DNA of 64,000 nucleotides from the NCBI RefSeq assembly GCF_006345805.1, contig NC_042997.1, forward strand, positions 16,182,001 through 16,246,000, in the 5' to 3' direction. The translations under genes and the position numbers were made by a program. This DNA is from Octopus sinensis (Eukaryota). The notes under the pieces were generated by a model. It worked only from the letters and a program-made list of their open reading frames with translations, had not been told where the DNA came from and searched no databases. Positions 1 through 12,604 of this stretch are shown piece by piece (the first letter of the stretch is position 1; each line of letters starts with the position of its first letter).

Positions 1-178
1 AGTGAAAGAAAGAGTGGTGAAAGAGTACAGCAGGGATCACCACCCCCTCTCGGAGCCTCGTGGAGCTTTTAGGTGTTTTCGCTCAATAAACACTCACAAC
101 ACCCGGTCTGGGAATCGAAACCGCGATCCTACGACCGCGAGTCCGCTGCCCTAACCACTAGGCCATTGCGCCTCCACA
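1..178 (-). mobile_element. tRNA-derived SINE, family A (OK/OR-like), 5' part cut by window edge
   Basis: Reverse complement begins GGAGGCGCAATGGCCTAGTGG (A box) and has GGTTTCGATTCCC (B box); matches + copy at 697. Confidence 0.9.
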
Positions 179-254
179 CACACACACACACACACATATA
201 TATACATGCGTCTTTCATTTGCCATATATATGTGTGTTTGTGTGTGTATGTAAA

Positions 255-640
255 CTTGGCCACCGGCTCAAGAACACGAGGACAACCTCATCTGCGTTTC
301 AAGAACGTCTGCAAGAGAGATATGAAGTCACTTGATCTGGATGTCCTGAGATGGGAAGAGGTCGCAAATGATCGCCCACGCTGGAGATAAATTCTGTGGA
401 AAAGGATGAAGCAAGGAGAAGAAAAACAGGAACTCGCCACTAAAGAAACTGCACTCGATGGAAGGAAAAAACCAGTAACACCAGCAGAAAGCTCAGTCAA
501 ATGCAGTTGTTGTATACGTGACTGTCACTCCCGTGTGGGCCTCTACAGTCACAACAGACTCTGCAGCACCATCAGCAGCTGAAACCGTTTCTTCGGGTGC
601 AGATCTATGATCTCTCGAGACCGTCGGATGCCTACTACTA
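255..640 (+). mobile_element. RTE-clade LINE 3' fragment
   Basis: RGQPHLRFKNVCKRDMKSLDLDVLRWEEVANDRPRWR, then C-terminal CSCCIRDCHSRVGLYSHNRLC motif typical of RTE; ends ...CGAGACCGTCGGATGCCTACTACTA. Confidence 0.88.
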
Positions 641-696
641 TATGTGTGCATGTGTGTGTGTACTTTTTGTTTATATATCAAGTTATATATGAAATC

Positions 697-1086
697 GAGG
701 TGCAATGGCCCAGTGGTTAGGGTAGCGGACTCGCGGTCGGACGATCGCGGTTTCGATTCCCAGACCGGGCATTGTGAGTGTTTATTGAGCGAAAACACAT
801 AAAAAAGCTCCACGAGGCTCCGGCAGGGGGTGGTGGTGAACCCTGCTGTACTCTTTCACCACAACTTTCTCTCGCTCTTTCTTCCTGTTTCTCTTGTACC
901 TGTATTTCAAAGGGCCAGCCTTGTTATACTCTGTGTCACACTGAATCTCCTCGAGAACTACGTTAAGAGTACACGTGTCTGTGGAGTGCTCAACCACTTG
1001 CACGTTAATATCACGAGCAAGCTGTTCCGTTGATCGTATCAGCTGGGACCCTCATCGTCGCAACCGACGGAGTGCTCCTACTACTA
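697..1086 (+). mobile_element. SINE family A, full length
   Basis: A box TGGCCCAGTGG, B box GGTTTCGATTCCC, body shared with 35696-36079, tail ...AACCGACGGAGTGCTCC(TAC)n. Confidence 0.92.
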
Positions 1087-1473
1087 TATATGAAATCAAA
1101 TTTAACTTTAAACTGAAAGATTATTCAATGCTTTTTAATAGAGTACATATCTATTAACTTTTACAAGACAGGAATAAGGAAATTTGGTGAAGGCAAGGCC
1201 GAATCTTCGAAGTTACTGTCAACATTATTTTGTTAATTTATATATCAACCTTTCTCTGGCTTTTTACTTCTGTTCTCTCTCTCTCTCTCTCTCATGTTTT
1301 CTCACAGACCAGCGTACTGGTTTTTCAATACATCTAACGATATGCACTGAGTCTAAAAGATTGCTTGGAGATATAAGCCACTTTATATATGTCCTTTGTA
1401 AATTGTGTATATTGAATGATATTAATCTCTTACTTGTTTTACTGATCATACTTATAACGGAACAGTAAACCAA

Positions 1474-1488
1474 ACACACACACACACG

Positions 1489-1552
<64 letters not shown>

Positions 1553-1580
1553 TACACAGACACACACACACACACACACA
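1474..1580. repeat. (CA)n microsatellite
   Basis: Direct reading. Confidence 0.95.
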
Positions 1581-3389
1581 TGATGTATATTTATATCGTT
1601 GCTATTATGCAAAAGCGTTGAAAGTCCAAAAAATTTCCTTTTTCAGAAAACGAAAAAAATAGTTTCACCATTCCATAGCAAAACCGTTGTACTACACTTT
1701 GACAATTTTTGGATATCTTGGCATCTGCAGCAACTGGAGACACAATAGTTTGACCGATAGAACCAGCTATTGGAAGCAAAAAGAACTATGAAAAAAAAGC
1801 ATTTGAAATAAAATGTCACAAATAAAATTTATGACCGAAGCATTTTACGAGGTTACTACATAATAAAGATTCCAAAATTGATAAAATATTTTGTTCTGTT
1901 CTCAAAAAAACTTGGTTACTTAATAGATTTATGAACACCCTCCTTTCTCATCTTCTGATTGCAAAACAAACAAAAATATAGCCAATATATATTTTTCTTT
2001 TACCTGTTGATAAAGATTCAAAATCGTGAAGTGCGACAGAAGTGAATAGTTCATCTCTATATGTATATCTAAAATCCTTTCTATCTCTGTCTGTTCCCAA
2101 TGCATTCTCACACGGCTCAACGAAATCAAATCAAATCAAATTTTACATAGTAATACTATGAGACCTCGCGAGTGGGAACATGTCATTTTGGGAGATTAAA
2201 ACAATGCAACATTGGCTCTGGTTCTGTATTAAGTCACAAAACTCGAGTAAAAGTGAAACCTTCTACGGAATAATAGTTACAGTTTCACTTCTATATTATT
2301 TCACTTTTAATACTTTCGGGAGTTTGCAAAACGGTCGTGGAAAATAATAAGAAACTTGTGAGATCTCAAAAAGATGACAATTTTCTCAAACTTGTCCCAG
2401 TGGTCAGAGTTACAAGTCTTCCTGTCAGAAGCATCCATGTGCCAGCTACCAATACAACATTCTTTAATGGCTAAGTTTCATGAGCATTGCGCGGAATCAA
2501 TTAATTCGTTTTTCTGTAGACTCAGTGTATTATTGACACCGCCACAACATGAAAAAAATTTAACTTCTAGCATTTCCTAATTATAACTCAAATGATTCAA
2601 TTAAAGATACCGCCATTATTCGTTGTTGATAGTAACTATCTCTCATTAAAGTAAATGAAAATATTTAAAACTAAATACAGACGCGCATAGTACGTTCTGG
2701 TTTCAAAATTAGACTTCAAAACATCTTTAAAATCATCCATTATATTTATACGGTGAATGCCCACATCGAACTCAATGTATTGCATTGTTTAGTTACTTCC
2801 CTTTACGGTGAGATTTCAAATACCGCACAAACTCGACAGTATGTTTGTGGAAGTTGATAAAATAGATATGAGTAATCTTACTTAAATCCATAAATTCTCC
2901 TATGGATTAATTGTAGCCGACGTAGATCGTCCCCACTTTACTCGGGTTCCAGATTTTATCGATTAAACTGTTCTCTTCTCCTAAATTTATTGCATTGTGC
3001 CCATGTTAAAACCTATTCTCTATGATTTATACACTTATTTCTGACATTACTTGCATGTTTCTTGCATTGTATCAATCCATCTTTAAGTTATCTTCCAAAC
3101 CAGAATTTTCTTTCATCTTCCCATTATTAATGTTTATCCTATTATACTTCTTTTCTATTGATTATATACATTTTATTGCATGCTGCTTGTTATTCTTCGT
3201 ATATACACATAGATAAATATACGATTTTTTTTTCGTATATTAACTACGTTATGTATACATGCATTTGATTATATCACATGTGTATATACGCGGCACGCTT
3301 CTGGATCTTGTGGCAAGTTCGCAGTACAAAACATCAATAATCTACCTAAGGAGAAATAGAACACAATTGCATAAAACAGAGTACATATC

Positions 3390-3397
3390 TATATCTA

Positions 3398-3478
<81 letters not shown>
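3390..3478. repeat. (ATCT)n microsatellite
   Basis: Direct reading. Confidence 0.95.
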
Positions 3479-3562
3479 GTATGTTTATCGCCATGTTGAT
3501 TCGCTAGCCTCTGCACGCATATTTTTTTCTCTCCTTCTTTCTGTGTTTTTTTTCTCTGTGTA

Positions 3563-3600
3563 TCTTTCTGTTGAAGAGCGTAGGCTCGAAACGTTAAAGA
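3563..3600 (+). ncRNA. Minimal hammerhead ribozyme motif (family 1), core A6>U, within a ~220-bp PLE-terminal-like repeat (about 3505-3720)
   Basis: TCTTT-CTGTTGA-A-GAGC(GTAG)GCTC-GAAA-CGTT-AAAGA: stem I TCTTT/AAAGA, stem II GAGC/GCTC, palindromic AACGTT. Confidence 0.7.
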
Positions 3601-4138
3601 CTTTTTTTATTTATATTTCCTGAGCGCCATACTAATACAATTGTTTGTTTGTATTCGACCTGCCTTCGTCTTTTGTTTATTTCCGTAAACCTGCCTTCGT
3701 CTTTTGTCTATTTTCATAAAGCTTCCCGTTATATATATATACACATACACATTCATATATATTTACATATGCGCATTTTATTATTATTATTTCCGCCGAG
3801 GCCAATTTTACCTTTCATCCCTTCGGAGGGATGAAAATTAAGCACCAGTGAAACACTGAGGTGGATGTAATTATCTTGCCTCCTGCCCCCACCCCCGCCG
3901 CCACCAATCTTGGACCTTGTTCCTAGAATGGAAAGGATTATTATTATTATTATTATTATTATTGTTCAGTTGTTTTATTTTTTATAGCGTGCTTTCACTT
4001 CACTACCGATTTTTCTTTGTCTATTTCTTTTGCGTTTAGTTTAGTCCAGTATTTACCATGAAGGGGCTTTTCTTGCCATCGTTTTATCATGGTTCGTTGC
4101 TGTCTATTTTTAGTTTGGATTTCATTTGTTTTATAGCA

Positions 4139-4224
4139 TCTTCTTCTTCTTCTTCTTCTTCTTCTTCTTCTTCTTCTTCGTCTTCTTCTTCTTCTTCTTC
4201 TTCTTCTTCTTCTTCTTCTTCTTC
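4139..4224. repeat. (TTC)n microsatellite
   Basis: Direct reading; source of the poly-S ORF. Confidence 0.95.
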
Positions 4225-4544
4225 ATATTTATTAGGTGGCATGATTTCTGTTGTATTTGTCAGCTTCCTTAAATACTGAGAACAGTTTTTTGTTGCTCGT
4301 GTTTTGCCGCTATTTGTGTCAGTTTTCCTTCATTCTGAAGTAGATATTTTTGCAGTCCTATGGTGGTTATTTTATAGTAGTTTTCCAGCTGTATAAGGCC
4401 TCTAACCACCTTCTATACGTTGTATATATAGTCTTTCTATGTCAGATTTTGGGTGATGCATCCTCGATCCTGTCATTATTTTTCTTGTTTCTATCTATTT
4501 GGTCAGTTCATTTAGTGTCCAGTAAAGGATTGTATTATTTTATT

Positions 4545-4694
4545 ATTATTATAGTGTATATATAATAATAATAAATGTTATTATTATTATTATAATTATT
4601 ATTATTTTATTATTATTATCATCATCATCATTATTATTATTATCATTATATTATTATTTATTATTATCATCATCTTATTATAATCATCATTATA

Positions 4695-4732
<38 letters not shown>

Positions 4733-4834
4733 TCATCATTATTATTATATTATTATTATATTATTATTATTATTATTATTCATCATTATTATTATTATTA
4801 TCATTATATTATTATTATATTATTATTATTATTA

Positions 4835-4867
<33 letters not shown>

Positions 4868-4901
4868 TATTATTATTATTATTATTATTATCATCATCAT
4901 C

Positions 4902-4933
<32 letters not shown>

Positions 4934-4990
4934 TATATTATTATTATTATCATTATCATATTTATTGTTATTATTATATTATTATTATTA

Positions 4991-5036
<46 letters not shown>
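4545..5036. repeat. Imperfect (ATT/ATC)n tract, about 490 bp
   Basis: Direct reading. Confidence 0.95.
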
Positions 5037-6170
5037 GTTCCTTTTATTATAACTATTCCAGCTGCCTTTTTGCTGAGCATCCTCTGGAGGCCAAGAGTGT
5101 CTTTGGTCATTCTTATTGTTAACTTGTAGGCCACGAGACTGTAAATTTCTGACTAGGCTTCAAGACTGAAGCTTGCTTGGAATCTTCATGCTTCAGTGCA
5201 GTTCGTAGGAGCACATCACTTGTATTAAGGTACGTTTCAAGGCCTATTATTGCTGATTTGAAGGATTGTTCGAGCTGTATCAGGCCTCTTCCACCTATTT
5301 TTCTTGAGAAATAAATCCTGTCTACATCTAATTTTGGATGGTGTATTTAGTACCTTGTAAAGATTTTACGGATCTTTCCATTCATATTCTGCATGTCAGT
5401 AAGACTCCACTTGATACCGAGGCTATATGTGGTTACTGGCATTGCCAAAGAATTGATCGCATTAATTCTATTAGCAGCATTTAATTCTGAGTTTAGGACT
5501 AATCTTGCCCTTCGGTAGCATTCCTTTCGGATTTTCTCTTTCACTTTAGAGTGCTGGATACCACCACCTTCATTGGTTCCCAGATATTTGTATACTTCGG
5601 ATTGGTCTAGATTTCGAATAGCTGTGATTGTATCAAGTTCTATGTTTTCTGTCTTTATGAACTTCCCTGCTTTGAAAGTAGCCTTTGCATATTGATCAAG
5701 TCCGAATTACATACCTATATCCAAGTTGAATTCTTTGACAATATTCAGGAGCTCTTCTAATTCTTTGTCGCTTTTGGCAAACAATTTTAGATTCCCCCAT
5801 ATAGAGTAGATGATTAATTTTCTGGTCAAAGATCTTATACCCTCTCTTAGCATTATTCAGTTACGTGGATAAAGGGAACAGAGCGAGGCAGAAAAGTAAT
5901 GGTGTTAATGAGTCACCTTAAAAGACACCATAGGCGATATTGATGTCCGGTGAGATGGTATGTCCCTGTCTATGGTTTAAAATGAGGGTGGTTCTCCATG
6001 AATTCATGATTACTTTTAAAAGTTCGCAATTGTTGGAGCTATCTTGTAAATTTCCAGGGCCTTGATGATCCATGCGTAGGGGACACTGTCAAAAGCCCTC
6101 TTGTAATCTGTCCAAGCGGTGCTAAGGTTTCTGTGTTTGGATTTGCAATTTTCAATCTGTTGTACTTTCC
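5037..6170 (-). mobile_element. R4/Dong-like non-LTR retrotransposon, decayed RT region
   Basis: Minus-strand peptides AWTDYKRAFDSVPYAWIIKAL, GDSLTPLLFCLAL, INHLLYMGNLKLFAK, KECYRRARLVLNSELNAANRINAINSLAMPV, DRIYFSRKIGGRGL; stops and frameshifts present. Confidence 0.85.
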
Positions 6171-6476
6171 TTCTCTTATTCTATGTAGAACTTCTGGAAG
6201 AGGCAAGCATCTTCAGAGAAACATACATATTCCATAACTACTATCTGTATTGCTTCACGAAATTAAAATATGGATTATAAATATATGAACGTACTCAGAA
6301 AAAAATGTTTTTTTTCTTTGTTTAAGCTGTAAATGTAAAAAGAAAGGATCCATGTTTATTTGTCTACCAACTGAAACAAAACAAAATATTCATTCAATAT
6401 GATTTTTTAAAACACATTTATGGAATATTTTGCATTCCAGGACATTTTGGAAACTTAATGAACTAGCAATAATAAT

Positions 6477-6507
<31 letters not shown>

Positions 6508-6531
6508 TAATATAATAATAATATAATATAA

Positions 6532-6631
6532 NNNNNNNNNNNNNNNNNNNNNNNNNNNNNNNNNNNNNNNNNNNNNNNNNNNNNNNNNNNNNNNNNNNNN
6601 NNNNNNNNNNNNNNNNNNNNNNNNNNNNNNN
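6532..6631. other. Assembly gap (100 N), preceded by a (TAA)n run
   Basis: Direct reading. Confidence 1.
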
Positions 6632-6784
6632 GGCGGTTTCATAGATAATTTACTTTAAAAAATCATTATCAAGACTAATTGCACAAATGTTTATTCAAAT
6701 ACATATTTATTTATGCTTAAATATAGTTGTTTTATTGTATGCAAAGATGGTCCTCAAATACCACTCGCAACCTGTATATACGCG

Positions 6785-6885
6785 GGTTGAAAGCGGGAAA
6801 GTAGACTGACTAAAAATTCATAAAATAATTCAGAATATGAATTATTTTATGAATTTTTAGTCAGTCTACTTTCTCGCTTTCAACC
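6785..6885. repeat. Near-perfect palindrome (48-bp arms, 5-nt loop), possible MITE remnant
   Basis: GGTTGAAAGCGGGAAAG...ATAATTCA-gaata-TGAATTAT...CTTTCTCGCTTTCAACC, one mismatch. Confidence 0.9.
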
Positions 6886-7156
6886 TGTATAAATATGTGG
6901 AGTGAATATTTGAAGTGGTATGGACGTATTCGGCACCTACTTTCAGCGGATAGGCATGGTAGCTTCTGACCCCTTAAGTATAATTGTACCCTAGTACAAT
7001 TATATATATCTATATATGCATTTTACCTAAAAGGTTTCTTTATATACTGGACACTGATAAAATTCATTAATTTTAATGATTTTTATCCTTTAATTGTTAA
7101 TATGCACACACACACACACATACATACATACATACATACATACATACATACATACA

Positions 7157-7220
<64 letters not shown>

Positions 7221-7221
7221 C

Positions 7222-7975
7222 CATGACTACGATACGATGATGCCAAATGGTCGAGTCCCTCTCGCCTAACCGACGTGCATGTATGCTGCCAACTGATGTG
7301 CTCAATCAGAGATCGGCAGATCCCCTTAACAGCTACCGCAAGGAAAAGTTTGCGATGTTTTTGTCTGTGCCCTAATAAAGCCCTTCTGCAGGGCTCTCCT
7401 CTCTTCCCAGCTGACACAACGGTTTTGCTTCAAATGCGCTGGTAGCCTGCTGGATCATGCGGCGTCAAGCACTATGGTCAACATCCCGGGTAGTCTACGG
7501 GTTGGGGTCACTGTTATAAACCTTCAGGGTCTCTTTTAGCACGTCTTTATACCATTCTTGGGCAACCCGCTTTTTTGATAACCAGAAGACAATTATCCGT
7601 AGAGTGTGATCTTTAGCAGGTGATGATTAGCCATTCTTGAGAATGCTTAACGCAGCTGTGTCTTTATAAGCACGGCCGCGATACTGGTGGTCCTGAGCTT
7701 TGTTTCTATTTTGAGGTTGTTATTTCTCCACATCCTCTTCTTAAGTTTCCCAAAGTGTCTGCTGGCTTTGGCTAGTCTGTTATCCAATTCTTTGTTAATT
7801 CTTGTATTGGTGAAAATGACACACCCAAGATAGCAGAACTGTTGCACAGCATTCAGCTCGGCTTGCTTGATGGAAATATTAGGTGGATGCTATAGTTCCT
7901 AGGAAGCAGGCTGGTGGAGGATTTCAGTCTTCTTCAAAGTGACTTCTGGACCAAACACATAAGAAACATTTGCAA
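7222..7975 (-). mobile_element. RTE-clade LINE 3' fragment, decayed
   Basis: FGPEVTLKKTEILHQP, QFCYLGCVIFTNTRINKELDNRLAKASRHFGKLKKRMWRNNNLKIETK; degenerate terminal Cys/His motif. Confidence 0.85.
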
Positions 7976-8034
7976 ATATATATATATATATTCCTTGTGA
8001 ACGTGGTACCCCGTTATATATATATATATACGCG

Positions 8035-8099
<65 letters not shown>

Positions 8100-8101
<2 letters not shown>

Positions 8102-8289
8102 CACATAACCACATGTGAACCGTTGGAAATTTTCTTCCTCCGTCTTCCCTTCTATTGGACTTTCCTCGGTTTTCGAAGAAGAGCATCTGCTCGAAACGTT
8201 AAACCATCTTTCCTTTCCTGAGTGTCTACTAATACGTTACATTACCCCGTCCTTGCGTTGTTGTTTTTTGTGTTTGTTCTTTTTGGATT

Positions 8290-8290
<1 letters not shown>
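8100..8290 (+). mobile_element. PLE-terminal-like ~200-bp repeat carrying a family 1 HHR motif (8168-8205)
   Basis: Aligns with 47165-47365 and 32325-32535; GGTTT-TCGAAGA-A-GAGC(ATCT)GCTC-GAAA-CGTT-AAACC. Confidence 0.75.
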
Positions 8291-8321
<31 letters not shown>

Positions 8322-8334
<13 letters not shown>

Positions 8335-8700
8335 AAACTGAGAATGTGTGTCTGTGTCTGTGTGTATGAATCCCAAAACCTGAGAACCACACAACCAATT
8401 TCATTCAAATTTTAACATGCCTTACTTAGGGTCCATGTAGCGTCATGGGCAAAAAAACTTCTTGCTTAGGGCGAACCCACAACAATATCATATCTTCTCC
8501 ACTAATTCAGTATTACGTGTTAAAAGTGAAACAAAAACATCTCTCTATTGTAATGTCAGATACTTTCACTTTAATACTGAAACTATTAAAGTCAAACTAT
8601 TATATAAGAGGGATGAACCATTAACATTGGACATCCATTTTGCTAGAAGAAGATCCGCTATGGTCTTGTATAATACACCACTGGTTTTCAATTCATATTA
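8322..8700 (+). mobile_element. Non-autonomous Helitron-like element, 5' part
   Basis: Matches the 5' ~270 bp of 29983-30989 (TATATAATAAAACTGAGAATGTGTG...CAACCAATTTCATTCAAATTTT). Confidence 0.7.
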
Positions 8701-9019
8701 ATCAAATTAATATTCAATTTCTCATACTTATTTTAATTTTAATTTTTTACCCAGGACCATGTGTTTTGGAACGAAGTTTGTTACCACACAGCCACATCAC
8801 CACCTATGAATGTGTGTGTGTGTGTGTTTATGTGTGTATAGCTGTATATGTATACATTTATTTCTATACATATAGATGTACATGTATACATGTATATGTG
8901 TAGATGTATATATATAGATGTACATGTAATAGGTACACATATATATTCACATATATACATGCATACATATATACACCCATACACACATACACACACACAT
9001 ACACACACACACACATACA

Positions 9020-9190
9020 CAGGTGCAAGTGTGGCTGTGTGGTAACAAATTTGTTTCCAAAACACATGGTCCTCAGTTCAGTCCCACTGTGTGGTAACTT
9101 TGCATGTCTTCTGCTATAGCCTCAGACCAACCAAAGCCTTGTCAGTGGATTTTGTAGACAGAAACTGAAAGAAATCAATCGTATAGATAT
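9020..9190 (+). mobile_element. SINE family B head, diverged
   Basis: GTGGCTGTGTGGTAA...TTCAGTCCCACTG...AAAGCCTTGTCAGTGGATTTTGTAGACAGAAACTGAAAGAA. Confidence 0.85.
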
Positions 9191-9210
9191 ATATATGTAT
9201 ACATATATAT

Positions 9211-9304
<94 letters not shown>

Positions 9305-9378
9305 GTATATATATATATATGTATACATATATGTATATATGTATATATACATATATGTATATATGTATATATATACAT

Positions 9379-10205
9379 AATAACTTAGAATAACTTAGAA
9401 GGTTTTTGGCCAGTATTGGCCCAGGCCATGTCTAACTTAATAGCACCACCTGGCGAGTCTTTCAGTCAGGATTTGGCACCAAGGCCCATTCGAGCAGAGA
9501 GTTATTGTTTGCGGAGACATATCCGGGTGTGTGGGTTTGTCCGGTACTGTTTGAAGGAATTTGTCCAAGACTTCTTGAATTTTGTGGTCAGTTTCTTTTT
9601 TGACGTGTCCTGGTGTAATGTTGAAGAGAGCGGGTCCAATTGAGGTGAAATAGTTGTGCCGTATTGTCGTTATGTGATGCGATTTAGATTTTTGTTGTGG
9701 ACGGATGGCACGTGGTCCAAGCCTTGGATGCATTTTGAAGGTGATGCCAACATCATTCGGACAGTGCTGATGGAATATTTTCCACATCATACAGATAATG
9801 TTAGCGTTCACGGCGTCGTTGGAGTGAATACAATTTCAGCTTCTCTAGTCTACCCCAGTAGTCAAGGGTGGACATGCCATCTATCTTTTTTGTGATAGAC
9901 CTTTGGGGAGCTTCAATTCTCATAATATTTTGTTTGTGTAGGGAGACCACAGTGGACAGCAGTATTCAAGGTGGTCGGGCAAAAGTGGAGAAGAGAAGGA
10001 TAATAGCGTGGGAATCTCTCGACTGGAAGGTTCTGAGAGAATACCAGGAACACATTCTGCGGGCCATGTCAACTTTGCTGCTTATATGTGTAACCAGCTT
10101 ATGTTGTTGTCCACTGTTACTCCCAGGTCTCTGATTGTTGTGGATGCCATGAGAATTTCTCCAGAAGGAAGAGAGTATGGGAGGTTCAGAGCGTCCTCCC
10201 TTCCA
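9379..10205 (-). mobile_element. CR1-clade LINE 3' fragment
   Basis: IRDLGVTVDNNISW, LEYCCPLWSP, YWGRLEKLKLYSLQRRRE, WKIFHQHCPNDVGITFKMHPRLG, NYFTSIGPALFNI; (TTCTAAGTTA)2 tail. Confidence 0.88.
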
Positions 10206-10335
10206 TATATGTATATATATATTATATATGTATATATATATATGTATATATGTGGTCCCGGGTTGATTCGGGGTTAACCACAGTAAATAAGGTACTCAAT
10301 ACATAGCAGAGTAAAATTAATTTATTATATAGAGG

Positions 10336-10386
10336 AGCTTCTACAGGACTAGAACTGTTTCATTCAAGAGAAATCTTCAGGAAGCT
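10336..10386 (-). ncRNA. Type I hammerhead ribozyme motif (family 2) in a PLE pseudo-LTR-like module (about 10250-10530)
   Basis: RNA AGCUUC-CUGAAGA-UUUC(UCUU)GAAU-GAA-ACAG(UUCUAGUC)CUGU-A-GAAGCU: stem I 6 bp, stem III 4 bp, GUA cleavage triplet; TATAAAT upstream. Confidence 0.75.
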
Positions 10387-11570
10387 AGTTAACAAGAATT
10401 GTATTGGCATTTATACATTTAGGCAGGTTTAAAGGGGTGTTGGTGGGGGACTTTTGGGGGTAGGCATAGCGCAAAAAATCATACTTGGGGGAGTGGTCAA
10501 GGAGTCAGTGGTAATTAGATAGGAGACTAAATAAAAAAATAAAAAATAAAAAATAAAAAATAAAAAATAAAAAAATATAAAAAATATAAAAAATAAAGAA
10601 TACAAAATAAAAAATAGAAAATAAAAAAATATAAAATATTAAAAAATAAAAAAATAATAAAAATAAAAAATAAAAAAATAAAAAAATATATATAATATAT
10701 ATATTAAATAAAGGGGGGAATAGAGTTTTAGGTAAATAAGGAGATTCTCACTTATACCTCTACACATACACACATATATATACAATCACACATACATATA
10801 CATATCTACACATACAAAATAGATGTATATACACACACTCACTTGCATACATATACACACATGTTATATATACACACTCGACCACACCTTAATATACACA
10901 CAGAAAAAATATATATATACACACACACACCATCTACTCACATACACGCATACACACACAAATCCATACACACAGATGCACACACAGCACACTAGTCCCT
11001 ATATACACATATATACACATACACATATATATTACACCACACATACACATACATAACATATATATACATACATACACATACATATACACATATATATACA
11101 TACACATATATATATATATACACATATATATACATATGTGTACCCATGCATACCTACACATACACACATATATATATACATATACAAATACAGACCATTC
11201 CCTAATTTTAATTTTATTATCTTCGTTTATACTTTTGTTATCTTGGCCGCTTGGTCACAAACATCTTGGCTATGACAGCCAGACCATTTATCCGTCTACT
11301 GGAAAACAATTACTCATTCACTCACGCACACTCTTTAGCACGTACACTCACTCATTCGTACACTCATACGCATACACGCACGCACGCGTTATATTCCTAC
11401 ATACATACATCTACATACATTCACGTATACACAATACGTACGCGTACCTACAGATTCCATGTCTACACTCTTAGAAGGCACAGTCTATACATATACACCA
11501 ATATAATATAAAAATACAGCACACCCACACATACAAATACATGTACACTACATATACAGAATGTACATAG

Positions 11571-11626
<56 letters not shown>

Positions 11627-12549
11627 TCTATAATATATACGCGTACCTACAGATTCATGTCTACACTCTTAGAAGGCTAGTCTATACATATAACACCCAT
11701 AAATATAAATACACACACATACATACATGTACACACTACATACAAATACATACAGGAATGGGTCTGTATTTGTATATGTATATATATATGTGTGTATGTG
11801 TAGGTATGCATGGGTACCACATATGTATATATATGTGTATATATATATATATGTGTATGTATATATGTGTATATGTATGTGTATGTATGTATATAGTGTT
11901 AGTATGTGTATGTGGGTGTATATATGTGTGTATGTGTATATATGTGTATATAGGGACTAGTGTGCTGTGTGTGCATCTGTGTGTATGGATTTGTGTGTGT
12001 ATGCGTGTATGTGAGTAGATGTGTGTGTTGATGTGTATATATATATTTTTCTGTGTGTATATGTATGTGTGGTCGAGTGTGTTATATATACATTGTGTGT
12101 ATACGTGTATGCAAGTGAGTGTGTGTATGTATACATATATATGTGTATGTGTAGATATGTATATGTATGTGTGAGTGTATATATATGTGTGTATGTGTAG
12201 AGGTATAAGTGAGAATCTCCTTATTTACCTAAAACTCTATTCCCCCCTTTATTTATATATATTATATATATATATTTTTTTTTTTATTTTTTTTTTTTTA
12301 TATTTTATATTTTTTATTTTCTATTTTTTATTTTTTATTTTTTATTTTGTATATTTTATATTTTATTTTTTATTTTTTATTTTTTATTTTTTATTTTTTA
12401 TTTATTCTCCTATATAATTTAACACTGACTCCTTGACCACTCCCCCAAGTATGATTTTTTGCGCTATGCCTACCCCCAAAAAGTCCCCACCAACACACCC
12501 CTTTAAAACCTGCCAAATGTATAAATGCCAATACAATTCTTGTTAAACT

Positions 12550-12604
12550 AGCTTCCTGAAGATTTCTCTTGAATGAAACAGTTCTAGTCCTGTAGATAGA
12601 AGCT
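12550..12604 (+). ncRNA. Second copy of the family 2 HHR, with a 4-nt insertion after the cleavage triplet
   Basis: AGCTTCCTGAAGATTTCTCTTGAATGAAACAGTTCTAGTCCTGTAGATAGAAGCT. Confidence 0.6.

Noticed and set aside
697-775. tRNA-like sequences here and at 35696, 36503, 44790, 55333, 58541
   Set aside because: They are SINE heads: A/B boxes continue into SINE bodies, with no complete acceptor stem.
1922-1942. TTTATGAACACCCT resembling a mariner terminal repeat
   Set aside because: No partner TIR or transposase found nearby.
6180-6225. Minus-strand CTGAAGA...GAAG hammerhead-like motif next to the R4 element
   Set aside because: GAAA and the NUH triplet cannot be placed in register with stem I.
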